DNA from: Alphaproteobacteria bacterium
GTDB lineage: Bacteria > Pseudomonadota > Alphaproteobacteria > JBFXJJ01
Length of the DNA: 64,000 nt
Reading direction: 5' to 3'
NCBI GenBank assembly: GCA_050175015.1
Contig: JBFXJJ010000005.1
Span: 64,001-128,000, forward strand
Shown in pieces: positions 26,912 through 36,620 of the stretch. The notes under the pieces were generated by a model that was not told the origin of the DNA, did not search any database, and was given only the letters and a program-made list of their open reading frames with translations. Positions within the stretch are counted from its first letter, which is position 1; each line of letters opens with the position of its first letter. Position numbers and translations under genes: made by a program.

Positions 26912-27480
26912 TGAGTGAAATTATTCGTAATGCCATTAAAGCCAAATTAGAAACGGTAATAACAGCCGAGGTTGGCAAAGTTCATGCTCATGAAAGATAT
27001 TCTAAAAGTCATAATGAGCTAAAAGAATTATTTACGTTAGATAAAGTTATTTGCGGATTTTTTATTCGCAGAGTAAGACGCCAAGAGACCATATACACCT
27101 CGACCAGAAACAAAGTTGCGACGACTTGGGAAATAAGGGGCTATGCATCTTTTATCGATGAAGAACAAAGCGAAATTAAATTCGACAATTTGATTGATGA
27201 TGTCGCAATATCTTTTCGTAATGACAACACTTTAGGCGGTATTGTTGAAAATCTTGGAGATGATGCTACAGGCATTCAGCTAGAAGATAGCGGGCCAGTT
27301 CTTTTTGCCAGCATATTGTGCCATGGCGTTCGTTTGAGCCTAACTACTAATCATTATGAAGAAATATCTGATCAAACTGATGAATTGCAAGATTTTAACA
27401 GTGCAAATGTGAAGTGGGACATTCCACCTCACAACCCTGAAATTATAGATGCAGTCGATAACATAAATTTGGAGGAATAA
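26908..27480 (+). CDS. Putative tail terminator/completion protein
   Basis: Position upstream of the sheath; GPVLFA.ILCH...L.L motif. Confidence 0.6.
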   Translation: MMSEIIRNAIKAKLETVITAEVGKVHAHERYSKSHNELKELFTLDKVICGFFIRRVRRQETIYTSTRNKVATTWEIRGYASFIDEEQSEIKFDNLIDDVAISFRNDNTLGGIVENLGDDATGIQLEDSGPVLFASILCHGVRLSLTTNHYEEISDQTDELQDFNSANVKWDIPPHNPEIIDAVDNINLEE

Positions 27481-27659
27481 TGTCTAAAATTAAAATAAAA
27501 CCCAAAGCAGGAACAAGAGTTCTTGATCCAACAACAACTCCACCATCACCTCTACCTCAAGAGGGCAAAGAAGTAGAACGTAACACTTATTGGTTACGCA
27601 GGCTTCAAGACGGTTCTGTTGTAGAAGTTAGTAAAATTCTTAAAAAGAAGGAAGGATAA
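27480..27659 (+). CDS. DUF2635 / Mu gp38-like protein (59 aa, missing from the ORF track)
   Basis: MSKIKIKPKAGTRVLDP...LPQEGKEVERNTYWLRRLQDGSVV; GGAGG RBS; directly before the sheath. Confidence 0.85.
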   Translation: MSKIKIKPKAGTRVLDPTTTPPSPLPQEGKEVERNTYWLRRLQDGSVVEVSKILKKKEG

Positions 27660-27662
27660 AAA

Positions 27663-29138
27663 ATGTCAATCTCTTTCAACGAAATTCCAAACAACCTAAG
27701 AGTGCCTTTTTGCTATATGGAATTTGATGCTTCAAAAGCGCAGCAAGGCTCTTCTCAAATGCCGTATAAAATTTTGGTAATTGGCCAAAGATTATCAAGT
27801 GGCAGTATTCCAGCCCTTACGCCAACAAGAGTAACGGCAAAATCAAAAGCTGCTCTATATTTTGGTAAAGGTTCAATGTTAAGCCATATGCTCGAAAGTC
27901 TTATTGAAAATAATGACTTTACCGAAACTTACGCTGTGGCTCTTGATGATGATGCCGCCGGTGTTGCCGCAACGGGAAGCATAACAGTTGCAGGGACAGC
28001 AAGTGCATCAGGAACAATTTATTTATACGTCGCAGGAAGAAGGGTAAAAGTTGCGGTTTCAGCAACTCAAACTGCTGAGGAAGTAGCAGCCAATATTGTA
28101 TCAGCTATTAATGCTATTACGACTTTGCCTTTAACGGCTGCTGTTGATGGAACAACGGCTGAGAAAGTTAATCTAATTGCACGTCATAAAGGTTTGTGCG
28201 GTAATGAGGTTGATCTAAGAGATAATTATTACAGTGGGGAAGAGTTACCAGCTGGATTAACTCTTACTTATGTAAGTATGAATGGTGGAACTTCTAATCC
28301 AGATGTAGCTACGGTTTTTGCCGCTATCGGTGATACACAATATAATATTATTGCGATGCCTTATACAGATAGTTCAAATTTAGCAGAGTTAAAAGATGAA
28401 CTTACGGATCGTTGGGGACCATTAACAATGAATGACGGTATGGCATTTGCTGCAGCAAATGGTACTCATTCAGAACTTGGAACGCTTGGTGACAGCCATA
28501 ATCATCAAAACTTATCTATTATGTCAGCCGCAGGAAGTCCTACACCTGCGTACGAATGGGCTGCTGTTGTGGCTGGGGTTACGGCTTATTATTCTAATAT
28601 TGACCCTGCAAGGCCTTTACAAACACTTGCTTTAAGTGAAATCTTAGCACCTTTAGAAAATGATAGATTCACATCACAGGAAAACAATCTCTTATTATAT
28701 GATGGAATTTCGACAACTTATGTAAATTCAGACGGCAAAGTTTGCATACAAAGGTTAATTACAACGTATAAAGAAAACTCCGCAGGAGCTGATGACACAG
28801 CTTATCTTGATGTTGCAACAGTGCTAACTCTTAGCTATTTGAGATATGATTATCGCAATTATCTTATGAGAAAATACCCAAGACATAAACTAGCAAGTGA
28901 TGGCACTAGATACGGCGCTGGCCAAGCTATTGTTACGCCTAAAACAATTAAGGCTGAGACTATTGCTTGGTTTAAGCAGATGGAAACCAAAGGTCTAGTT
29001 GAAGGCATTGATCAATTTAAAACTGATTTAATCGTTGAGCGTAACGCTGATGATGCAAATAGATTAGATATCTATCTGCCACCAGACCTTGTCAACCAGA
29101 TGAGAGTATTCGCTGTGCAGGCTGGATTTAGAGTTTAG
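27663..29138 (+). CDS. Tail sheath protein (Mu gpL-like)
   Basis: ISFNEIP.NLRVP..Y.EFD, DPARPLQTL, KYPRHKLA.DG, PDLVNQ.RVFA. Confidence 0.95.
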   Translation: MSISFNEIPNNLRVPFCYMEFDASKAQQGSSQMPYKILVIGQRLSSGSIPALTPTRVTAKSKAALYFGKGSMLSHMLESLIENNDFTETYAVALDDDAAGVAATGSITVAGTASASGTIYLYVAGRRVKVAVSATQTAEEVAANIVSAINAITTLPLTAAVDGTTAEKVNLIARHKGLCGNEVDLRDNYYSGEELPAGLTLTYVSMNGGTSNPDVATVFAAIGDTQYNIIAMPYTDSSNLAELKDELTDRWGPLTMNDGMAFAAANGTHSELGTLGDSHNHQNLSIMSAAGSPTPAYEWAAVVAGVTAYYSNIDPARPLQTLALSEILAPLENDRFTSQENNLLLYDGISTTYVNSDGKVCIQRLITTYKENSAGADDTAYLDVATVLTLSYLRYDYRNYLMRKYPRHKLASDGTRYGAGQAIVTPKTIKAETIAWFKQMETKGLVEGIDQFKTDLIVERNADDANRLDIYLPPDLVNQMRVFAVQAGFRV

Positions 29139-29173
29139 TTCTAATTTTTTAAAACAATGAGAGAGGATATTTG

Positions 29174-29533
29174 ATGTCAAACGCAAGAGCAGGAACAATC
29201 TATCTTAAAGTTGATGGCACTTTAAGGGATGCCAAGGGTGATTTTACCTATAATTTAGGGAAGTCCAAAAGAGAAGCCATAATCGGAGCCGATGGAGTGC
29301 ATGGCTATAAAGAAACGCCTCAAGTACCTTTTATTGAAGGTGCAATTACAGATGATTCAGATTTGGATTTAGCAAATTTTGTTACTCAAGATGATGTAAC
29401 CGTAACTTTAGAGCTTGCAAATGGCAAAACCATTGTTTTAAGCGATGCTTGGTATGCAAGTGAAGGCGATGTAACAACGTCTGAAGGCGAAATAAAAGTT
29501 CGCTTTGAAGGTTTAAACGCGGAGGAAATTTAG
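29174..29533 (+). CDS. Tail tube protein (Mu gpM-like)
   Basis: AGT.YLKVDG, G.DGVHGYKETP..PFIE, ELANGK. Confidence 0.9.
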   Translation: MSNARAGTIYLKVDGTLRDAKGDFTYNLGKSKREAIIGADGVHGYKETPQVPFIEGAITDDSDLDLANFVTQDDVTVTLELANGKTIVLSDAWYASEGDVTTSEGEIKVRFEGLNAEEI

Positions 29534-29806
29534 ATGAAATACCCTTTAAAAAAACCGATAACGGTAGCAGACAAAAAAATTGAATATCTTGAAATTAGAG
29601 AAAATATAATTGGCGCTGATATGAAAGGCGTTAAAATTAGTAAAGACGGAGAAATTGATTTTGCAGTAATGTTAACTTTGATCTCTCATTTGTCGGCTCA
29701 ACCTCCAGCAATTATAGATAAAATAGATATAGTAGATCTTTTTCCATTAATAGAGAAAGTAAGTGATTTTTTATCTCCTTCCCAGGAGACTGGGAAGACG
29801 CAATAG
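29534..29806 (+). CDS. Tail assembly chaperone; -1 frameshift would extend it to 29928
   Basis: Between tube and tape measure; T TTT TTA slippery site plus hairpin. Confidence 0.85.
   Translation: MKYPLKKPITVADKKIEYLEIRENIIGADMKGVKISKDGEIDFAVMLTLISHLSAQPPAIIDKIDIVDLFPLIEKVSDFLSPSQETGKTQ
29767..29797 (+). other. Programmed -1 ribosomal frameshift signal
   Basis: T TTT TTA 29767-29773, then CTTCCCAG-GAGA-CTGGGAAG 8-bp hairpin; -1 frame open to TGA 29926-29928. Confidence 0.8.
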
Positions 29807-29924
29807 AACTACTTGCGGGAAGCCCTTTTTATATAGCTCCATCGGAGCTAATGAAAATGACGGCAGCAGATTTATTGTTTTGGGTAGAGCGAGCATCTAA
29901 TCGAATAAAAAAGGAAAATGCTAA

Positions 29925-31601
29925 ATGAAAGTAAATCACAATCTAGGAATAGTGATTAAAGCGATTGATAAAGCAACGGGACCGCTGCAAAAAATTAATC
30001 GTACAATTTCGCGCGTTCAAGCTCCTTTTAAAAAAATTGGAAGTTCGCTCTCAAATGTTGTTGATGCTTCTGGATTTAGCAAATTACAAACAGGATTTGC
30101 GGGATTAAATTCTGGTATGTCAAATGTTATGAATAAAACAGGAGCTTTGGCAACTAAGTTTACATTGCTAGGGGGTACAGCTGGTTTTGCTTTTAAAAAG
30201 CTATTTGTTGATACCGCTTCTCAGTTTGAGCAATTTTCTACCATTTTGACAACGTTGCTTGGTAGTTCTGACAAGGCTGATAAAGCGATGGACTGGGTAA
30301 GTAATTTTGCTGCAAAAACGCCGTATGAGTTAGATGAAGTAACAGAAGCTTTTGTAAAACTTAAATCTTACGGAATTGATCCTCAAGCTGGAGCTTTAAA
30401 ATCTGTTGGTGATGCGGCTGCAGCTATGGGCAAGCCTTTATCACAAATGGTTGAAGCTTTGGCAGATGCTCAATCTGGTGAATTTACGCGTTTAAAAGAA
30501 GCCATTGGCGGAACTTTTCAGACGGTTGGCAATAATATTGCTTATAGTTTTGTTGATAAAGATGACAATGAAAGAACTTTCGCTGCGGCTAAAAATGATG
30601 CAGTTGCTCTACAAAAAATGGTTTTAAAGGCTTTTGAGGCAAAAGGCTATACTGGTGCTATGGATAATCTTTCTGGAACATGGAGCGGAATGTTATCCAA
30701 CCTTGCCGATATTTGGACAAGATTTGCTAATTTAGTTATGAGTTCTGGCGTCTTTGATTTTATGAAAGGTAAGCTTTCAGGAATTTTACAAAAACTAAAT
30801 GAAATGTCAGATAACGGCAAACTCAAACAACTAGCAGAAACTTTTGGGCAAAAGCTTGTTGTCGCTCTTTCTGCAACTTGGGAGGCATTAAAACAAATAT
30901 CAGCAGCTTTTATGTCATTAATTAATGTGATGCCTAAAATAGCCAATTTTGTTGGCGGATGGGGTAACTTATTAAAGATTGTTGCTCTTGTTATGGCTGG
31001 ACCATTGTTAGCTGCAATCGCAGGATTAATTGCAGCGGTTGTAAATTTGGGTATTGCTATAGGTTTTACTCCGATTGGCTGGTTCTTGGCAGGTATGGCA
31101 GCAATTGCTGCAATATCAATTTTAGTCATTAAAAAGTGGCAGGCTATAAAAGATTTTTTTGCATCTTTTGCTGAAGCTTTTGCAAACGGTCCTCTTATCG
31201 GAATTATCAATTTAATTGCTGGTTTAATATATACTTTAACAGGCATTGATCTCTTTGAGATTGGCAGAAAAATTATGTCATCTCTTAAAGACGGAATGGT
31301 TGCAGCTTGGCAAAAAATGACTGAATGGCTGCAAAAAGCAGCTGAAGGTTTCATGAATCTTATACCTGACAGTTTCAAAACTACACTTGGAATAGATAAA
31401 ACAATTCAAAAAACTAACGCAAATAAGGTTTATACAGGTGCTTCAAATTTTATGAATAAATATAATACATCGCAAGCTGTTAAGACCGAGGTTGTTATAA
31501 AAGCTGAAAATTTGCCTAAAGGAATGCAGGTCTCGACAGGGAAAACTCAAGCAACTAGCACAAAACTAGATTTAGGATACTCAATGGCAGGTGCGTTATG
31601 A
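29925..31601 (+). CDS. Tail tape measure protein
   Basis: I.AIDKATGPL N-terminus, FAAKTPYEL.EV..AF.KL..YG tape-measure domain, hydrophobic helices. Confidence 0.9.
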   Translation: MKVNHNLGIVIKAIDKATGPLQKINRTISRVQAPFKKIGSSLSNVVDASGFSKLQTGFAGLNSGMSNVMNKTGALATKFTLLGGTAGFAFKKLFVDTASQFEQFSTILTTLLGSSDKADKAMDWVSNFAAKTPYELDEVTEAFVKLKSYGIDPQAGALKSVGDAAAAMGKPLSQMVEALADAQSGEFTRLKEAIGGTFQTVGNNIAYSFVDKDDNERTFAAAKNDAVALQKMVLKAFEAKGYTGAMDNLSGTWSGMLSNLADIWTRFANLVMSSGVFDFMKGKLSGILQKLNEMSDNGKLKQLAETFGQKLVVALSATWEALKQISAAFMSLINVMPKIANFVGGWGNLLKIVALVMAGPLLAAIAGLIAAVVNLGIAIGFTPIGWFLAGMAAIAAISILVIKKWQAIKDFFASFAEAFANGPLIGIINLIAGLIYTLTGIDLFEIGRKIMSSLKDGMVAAWQKMTEWLQKAAEGFMNLIPDSFKTTLGIDKTIQKTNANKVYTGASNFMNKYNTSQAVKTEVVIKAENLPKGMQVSTGKTQATSTKLDLGYSMAGAL

Positions 31602-32830
31602 GTTGGAAGAGCAAATTAAAAACAGCTTCTTTTAAGGGTGCAAAATTTTCTGTAACCAGTTCTGATAGTGAATTTGGCAGACGGTTCCAACACTTTGAAT
31701 ACCCTAATAGAGATAAAGGATATATTGAAGATTTGGGACAAAAAGATTCTAATTTTACCTTAGAAGCTTTTGTTGTTGGTAAGGATTATATGTCCTTGAG
31801 AGATAAGCTTATAAGCGTTTGTTCATCAAAAGGACCAGGAGAATTAATTCACCCATATTTAGGAACCAAAACGGTTACTTGTTCATTTTTAAGGACAAGA
31901 GAAAACTCAGACGAAGGCGGTGTTGCGAGGATAAGTTTGAGTTTTATTGAGGCTGGGGAAAAAGAACAGCCATCATCTAGTATTAACACTCAAAAATCTG
32001 TATATGGTGCTGGAAATGAATCAATATTAGTTTCTTCAGCTGATTTTATTGATAATTTTAAAATTAATGGATTGCCTTCTTTTATTAGCGAAAATGCGGT
32101 AGCGCAAATAGATGCCGCAGAAACATTAATATCTAACGTAATTAGTGTAAAAACAGGCTCACCTATTTCGTTATTAACAAATTATGCGTCAGAAGACTAT
32201 ACAACGGCTTCAGATTTTTGTTCTAAAATAACAAGTTTATTCAGTAATTTTACTGCCAATTCATCTTCAAATGGCTCTTCAACAACGTCATCAAGCGAGA
32301 CTTCATCAACGAATGATACGTCTTCAACGACTGCTGAAAATGAATATAAGGCCGCTAAAGCTTTATTAAATTATTCAGCAACATCAACAATAGTTGTTTC
32401 TTCAGTAACAACAACAGGAAGTACTCTTAATACCAATACTCAAGCTATTAACGATTTAATAGTTCGTAATGCAACTGTAGTTGCGGCCAAAATTTCAACA
32501 GAAATAGAATTTACATCATATGATGAAGCTGTTGCTATACGTGATGAAATCATCGAACAAATCAATAATATAATGGAAAAGACAACCTCAGATGATGTTT
32601 ACACGGCGTTTGCAAAATTAAAGACAACAGTTAATCAAGACATAACAAGCAGAGGGGCAAACTTAGCTAAGATAGAGAATTTCTCACTTAATAAATCTTT
32701 GCCTTCTTTAATTGTTTCCTATAACCGCTATGGTTCTATTGATTATGCTGAAGATATAGCTTCTCGCAACAATGTTGCAAATCCGCTTTTTGTACCAGGT
32801 GGTGAAATTCTGGAGGCTTTATCGTCATGA
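31598..32830 (+). CDS. DNA circularization protein (Mu gpN-like)
   Basis: W...L..ASFKG..F, GRR...EYP.RD....EDLG, G.LIHP.LG, RN.V.NPLFVP. Confidence 0.9.
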   Translation: MSWKSKLKTASFKGAKFSVTSSDSEFGRRFQHFEYPNRDKGYIEDLGQKDSNFTLEAFVVGKDYMSLRDKLISVCSSKGPGELIHPYLGTKTVTCSFLRTRENSDEGGVARISLSFIEAGEKEQPSSSINTQKSVYGAGNESILVSSADFIDNFKINGLPSFISENAVAQIDAAETLISNVISVKTGSPISLLTNYASEDYTTASDFCSKITSLFSNFTANSSSNGSSTTSSSETSSTNDTSSTTAENEYKAAKALLNYSATSTIVVSSVTTTGSTLNTNTQAINDLIVRNATVVAAKISTEIEFTSYDEAVAIRDEIIEQINNIMEKTTSDDVYTAFAKLKTTVNQDITSRGANLAKIENFSLNKSLPSLIVSYNRYGSIDYAEDIASRNNVANPLFVPGGEILEALSS

Positions 32831-33909
32831 GTGAAGTAGCTTCTTTATATATTAATAACAACATTTACAGTGGCTGGACCAGCGTTTCAATAGAACGTTC
32901 TATTGAAACTATATCAGGAGGTTTTGATTTATCATTATCTGATCGTTGGTCTGGGCAAGCTGTTCGCTGGGCAATAAAACCAGGAGACGCTTGTGAGGTT
33001 AGACTTGATAATGAAGTTGTAATTACGGGATATGTTGATGATGTTAATCCTGATATATCTTCTGATAGTTACACTGTTTCAGTATCTGGCCGTGATAAAA
33101 CAGGAGATTTAGTTGATTGTTCGGCAATTCATTCTCCTGATGAATGGTCTAATCTTTCATTGCAAGAGCTTGCCACAAAAATAGCTGCTCCTTTTGGTAT
33201 AAATGTAAAAGTAAATGATACTACAGGATCCAATTTTGAAAAGTTTAAAATCCAGCAAGGAGAACCAGCTTTTGAGGCGATAGACCGTCTTTGTAAAATG
33301 CGGGCGATAATGCCAATATCTGATGGCAAAGGTAATATAATAATAACTAGAGCTGGAACTGCTACAGCTAGCGAAGCACTGGTTGAAGGCAAGAATTTAC
33401 TTAATATTTCGCCTAGATTTACACATAGAGAACGCTTTTCTCAATATACAGTAAAAGCTCAAGCTCCTGGCCTTGATGGAATGTCAGCAGAAGATTCCGC
33501 TCAAGTTGTAGGAACAGCTAAAGATAATGGCATTTTAAGATATAGGCCATTAATGATTATTGCTGATGACAATGCCAACGGTGTTTCTGCATCAACAAGA
33601 GCAGGCTGGGAAGCAACGGTTAGAGCAGCAAGAGCTACAACATTTAATGTATCTGTTCAGGGGTGGAAAATGAACAATGGTAAATTGTGGCCAATAAATG
33701 CTCTAACGCAATTTACAAGTGATACCCTTGGCATAGAAAAACAAACCTTGCTCATTGTTTCGACTAATTTTTCTAAAGATGAACAAGGTACTAGAACCAA
33801 CATGGTTTTGACACGCCCTGATGCTTATTCTTTGATTTCGGAAGTCAAAAAAGGGAAATCTGGCAGTGCTTCTGGTTTACCTGCAAATACAGAATATGTG
33901 AAAGGGTAG
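32827..33909 (+). CDS. Baseplate hub protein (Mu gpP/gp44-like)
   Basis: GW.SV.I.RSIE, GRDKTGDLVDCS, RFSQY.V..Q, RYRP..I. Confidence 0.9.
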   Translation: MSEVASLYINNNIYSGWTSVSIERSIETISGGFDLSLSDRWSGQAVRWAIKPGDACEVRLDNEVVITGYVDDVNPDISSDSYTVSVSGRDKTGDLVDCSAIHSPDEWSNLSLQELATKIAAPFGINVKVNDTTGSNFEKFKIQQGEPAFEAIDRLCKMRAIMPISDGKGNIIITRAGTATASEALVEGKNLLNISPRFTHRERFSQYTVKAQAPGLDGMSAEDSAQVVGTAKDNGILRYRPLMIIADDNANGVSASTRAGWEATVRAARATTFNVSVQGWKMNNGKLWPINALTQFTSDTLGIEKQTLLIVSTNFSKDEQGTRTNMVLTRPDAYSLISEVKKGKSGSASGLPANTEYVKG

Positions 33910-33913
33910 TTGT

Positions 33914-34504
33914 ATGACAAATATTATGCATATGATTAATAAAGCAACAGCTGTTTTACGACAAAGAGTAATGTTAATGGTTGCTCGTGGTGTTGTTCAG
34001 TTGATTAATGATAAATCTGGCATACAAAATATTCAAGTAACGCTTCTGGCTGATGAAATAAGAGATAATGTTGAAAGGTTCCAAAATTATGGCTTTTCTT
34101 CCGTTCCTTTGTCAGGAGCTGAAGCCGCAGTTGTTTTTGTAGGCGGTAATAGAAGTCATGGGCTTGCTATTGCTATTGATGATCGCCGTTATAGGTTAAA
34201 AAACTTAGCAGCTGGAGAAGTTGCTATATATACAGACGAAGGCGACAGTATAACACTTAAACGAGGCAAAATTATTAATGTAAATACTGAGACATTGAAT
34301 ATAACAGCTTCAAATTCCGTTAATTTTACAACTCCATCCATAAATACAACAGGTTTAATAAAAGCAGATGGCGATATTACAGATAATAGCTCGTCAAACA
34401 CCAATAGTATGTCAACAATGCGGGATATATATAATACGCACACTCACCCTGAAAATAATTTAACAAGCGGTTCAACAGATGTACCTAATGAGGTTATGTC
34501 ATGA
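33914..34504 (+). CDS. Baseplate spike protein (Mu gp45/gpV-like)
   Basis: ERFQNYGFSSVP..GAEA....GG.RSH, DRRYR, YNTHTH metal-binding tip. Confidence 0.9.
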   Translation: MTNIMHMINKATAVLRQRVMLMVARGVVQLINDKSGIQNIQVTLLADEIRDNVERFQNYGFSSVPLSGAEAAVVFVGGNRSHGLAIAIDDRRYRLKNLAAGEVAIYTDEGDSITLKRGKIINVNTETLNITASNSVNFTTPSINTTGLIKADGDITDNSSSNTNSMSTMRDIYNTHTHPENNLTSGSTDVPNEVMS

Positions 34505-34953
34505 GCGATGTAGGAATTATTTTTGACACTTCAACTCTAACAGGAGATATCCAAGTTGTTGATGGCGACTTGGCAGTTGATAGCACGTTAAAAACAGCGG
34601 TAATACTCTCTTTATTTTCTGATCGAAGGGCAGATGATACAGATGAAAGACCTAAAGGTAGCAGTTATCGAGGCTGGTGGGCTGATGCCTTAGGATCTGA
34701 TAAATTTGGAAGCAAGTTATGGCTATTAGCTAGAGCAAAACATACCGAAGAAACGAGAAGCAGAGCAGAAGATTATGCCAAACAGGCTTTAGAATGGCTC
34801 ATTGATGATGAAATAGCTGCTTTAGTAGAAGTTACAGCTGAATGGTTATCTCAAGAAATATTGGCGATTGAAGTGGTCATAACTAAAGGAGATGGAACGG
34901 TTGAAAATTATCAATTTAGCAACATATGGGAGGAAATAATCAATGGCATATAG
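34501..34953 (+). CDS. Mu gp46-like baseplate protein
   Basis: TAVILSLFSDRRA, RGWWAD, GSKLWLL.R.K, AL.WL..D. Confidence 0.9.
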   Translation: MSDVGIIFDTSTLTGDIQVVDGDLAVDSTLKTAVILSLFSDRRADDTDERPKGSSYRGWWADALGSDKFGSKLWLLARAKHTEETRSRAEDYAKQALEWLIDDEIAALVEVTAEWLSQEILAIEVVITKGDGTVENYQFSNIWEEIINGI

Positions 34954-36010
34954 TCGCCCTACATTATCAGAAATTGTTGAAAGCATAGATGCTGATTTAA
35001 CGTCTCGCCTTGCTGAAACCGATACATTGCTAAAACGTTCCATATTATATGTTATTTCGCGTGTTTTGGGTGGAGTTGCCTATTTGCTTTATGGCTTTGG
35101 CGAGTGGATTTCAAAACAGATAATTCCAAGGACTTCTGATGAAGAAAATTTAAAGTTACATGCTTCTTGGTGGGGAATTACTCAAAAACCAGCGACAGCA
35201 GCGGAAGGATATGCAATCTTTTCAGGCGTTGAGAATAGCATAATTCCTGCTGGTTCATTACTAAAGTCAACGAGCAATGGCTTACAATATAGTGTGAATG
35301 CTGACGCAACAATATCGGGTAGCAGTGTTCAAACTATGGTTACCTGTATAACCGTTGGAGTTGACGGCAATTTAGATGCTGGCAGTTCATTAAGTATGAT
35401 ATCACCGATAGCAGGTGTAAACTCTTCTGTTACTGTAGCAAGTGAAGGCATAACTTCAGGCACAGATAAAGAAAATATAGATAGTTTATTATCAAGACTA
35501 GAAAATAGGGTTCAATCACCTCCGCATGGTGGAAATGAGGAAGATTATGTGACTTGGGCAAAGGAAGTTTCTGGTGTAACTAGGGCATGGGTTTTTCCTA
35601 AAGAAATGGGAGATGGAACGGTTACTGTTAGATTTGTTATGGACGACAAAGAAGATACATTGATACCAACAGAAATTGAAGTTCAAAAAGTTCAAGAATA
35701 TATAGATGATGCAAGACCTGTTACAGCAGATGTATATGTTGTAGCTCCTGTAGCAGTTCCCATTAATTTCACAATAAATATCAGCCCCTCAACAGTCGCA
35801 GTTAAAAGTGCGGTAATTGCTGAAATCAAAGAGCTTTTTATAAGAGAAGCAGAACCAGGTAAGGTAATCCTTAAATCTCATATCGATGAAGCAATATCTA
35901 TCGCAACAGGAGAAGAAGATCACAAAATTGTAAGTCCAACAGAAGATATAAGCGTTGAAACTGGTGAAATTGCTACCTTTGGAACAATAACTTGGGGGGC
36001 TATGGAATAA
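34943..36010 (+). CDS. Baseplate J / Mu gp47-like protein
   Basis: PPHGG...DY..WA.EV.GV.RAW..P...G.GTV.V. Confidence 0.9.
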   Translation: MAYSRPTLSEIVESIDADLTSRLAETDTLLKRSILYVISRVLGGVAYLLYGFGEWISKQIIPRTSDEENLKLHASWWGITQKPATAAEGYAIFSGVENSIIPAGSLLKSTSNGLQYSVNADATISGSSVQTMVTCITVGVDGNLDAGSSLSMISPIAGVNSSVTVASEGITSGTDKENIDSLLSRLENRVQSPPHGGNEEDYVTWAKEVSGVTRAWVFPKEMGDGTVTVRFVMDDKEDTLIPTEIEVQKVQEYIDDARPVTADVYVVAPVAVPINFTINISPSTVAVKSAVIAEIKELFIREAEPGKVILKSHIDEAISIATGEEDHKIVSPTEDISVETGEIATFGTITWGAME

Positions 36011-36618
36011 TGGTTAGTAAAGCTAATATTCAAGATTATGTATCAGCTGAACAATCACTATTGCCTAGTGGTTCGGCGTGGAATACTGAAAGTTCTTCAA
36101 CGTTAACAAAATTACTAACAGCATTAGCAGAAACGTGGGTTCGTATTCATAATAAATTTTGCAGAATAAGAGACGAAGCTGATCCAAGAAACACTCTAGA
36201 ATTATTAGAAGACTGGGAAACTTTTTGTGGGCTTCCTGATAAATGTTCTTCAGCAGTCTCAACGACGTTACAAGAGCGTCGAAAAGCCCTAGTTAATCAT
36301 CTAACAGCAAGAGGAAGCCAGAGCATATCTTTCTTCAAAAATATTGTAAAAACGCTTGAATATTCAGCGGACATAAAAGAATACAGGCCGTTTATTGCAG
36401 GAATATCTAAATGTGGTGATGTTTTAGAAGGAGCTCCTAATAATAGACACCATTGGAGAGTTACTATAAATGAGCCAAGGTTGACAAGCTTTAGATGCGG
36501 AGCAAGTCAAATTGGCGATAAGTTAGGAAAAATCACTTATGCCAGTGATTTAGAATGTGTACTGGATAGATTAAAACCAGCTCAAACCGTTTTACATTTT
36601 GAATATAAAGGAGAATAA
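36010..36618 (+). CDS. YmfQ/DUF2313 (Mu gp48-like) baseplate protein
   Basis: LLP.G.AW, EADP....ELL.DWE...GLPD.C, LEC...RLKPAQT. Confidence 0.9.
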   Translation: MVSKANIQDYVSAEQSLLPSGSAWNTESSSTLTKLLTALAETWVRIHNKFCRIRDEADPRNTLELLEDWETFCGLPDKCSSAVSTTLQERRKALVNHLTARGSQSISFFKNIVKTLEYSADIKEYRPFIAGISKCGDVLEGAPNNRHHWRVTINEPRLTSFRCGASQIGDKLGKITYASDLECVLDRLKPAQTVLHFEYKGE

Positions 36619-36620
36619 AT

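Noticed and set aside
30647-31378. 243-aa antisense ORF within the tape measure gene
   Set aside because: Codon-mirror of an Ala/Ile/Gly-rich gene; no RBS or recognisable domain.
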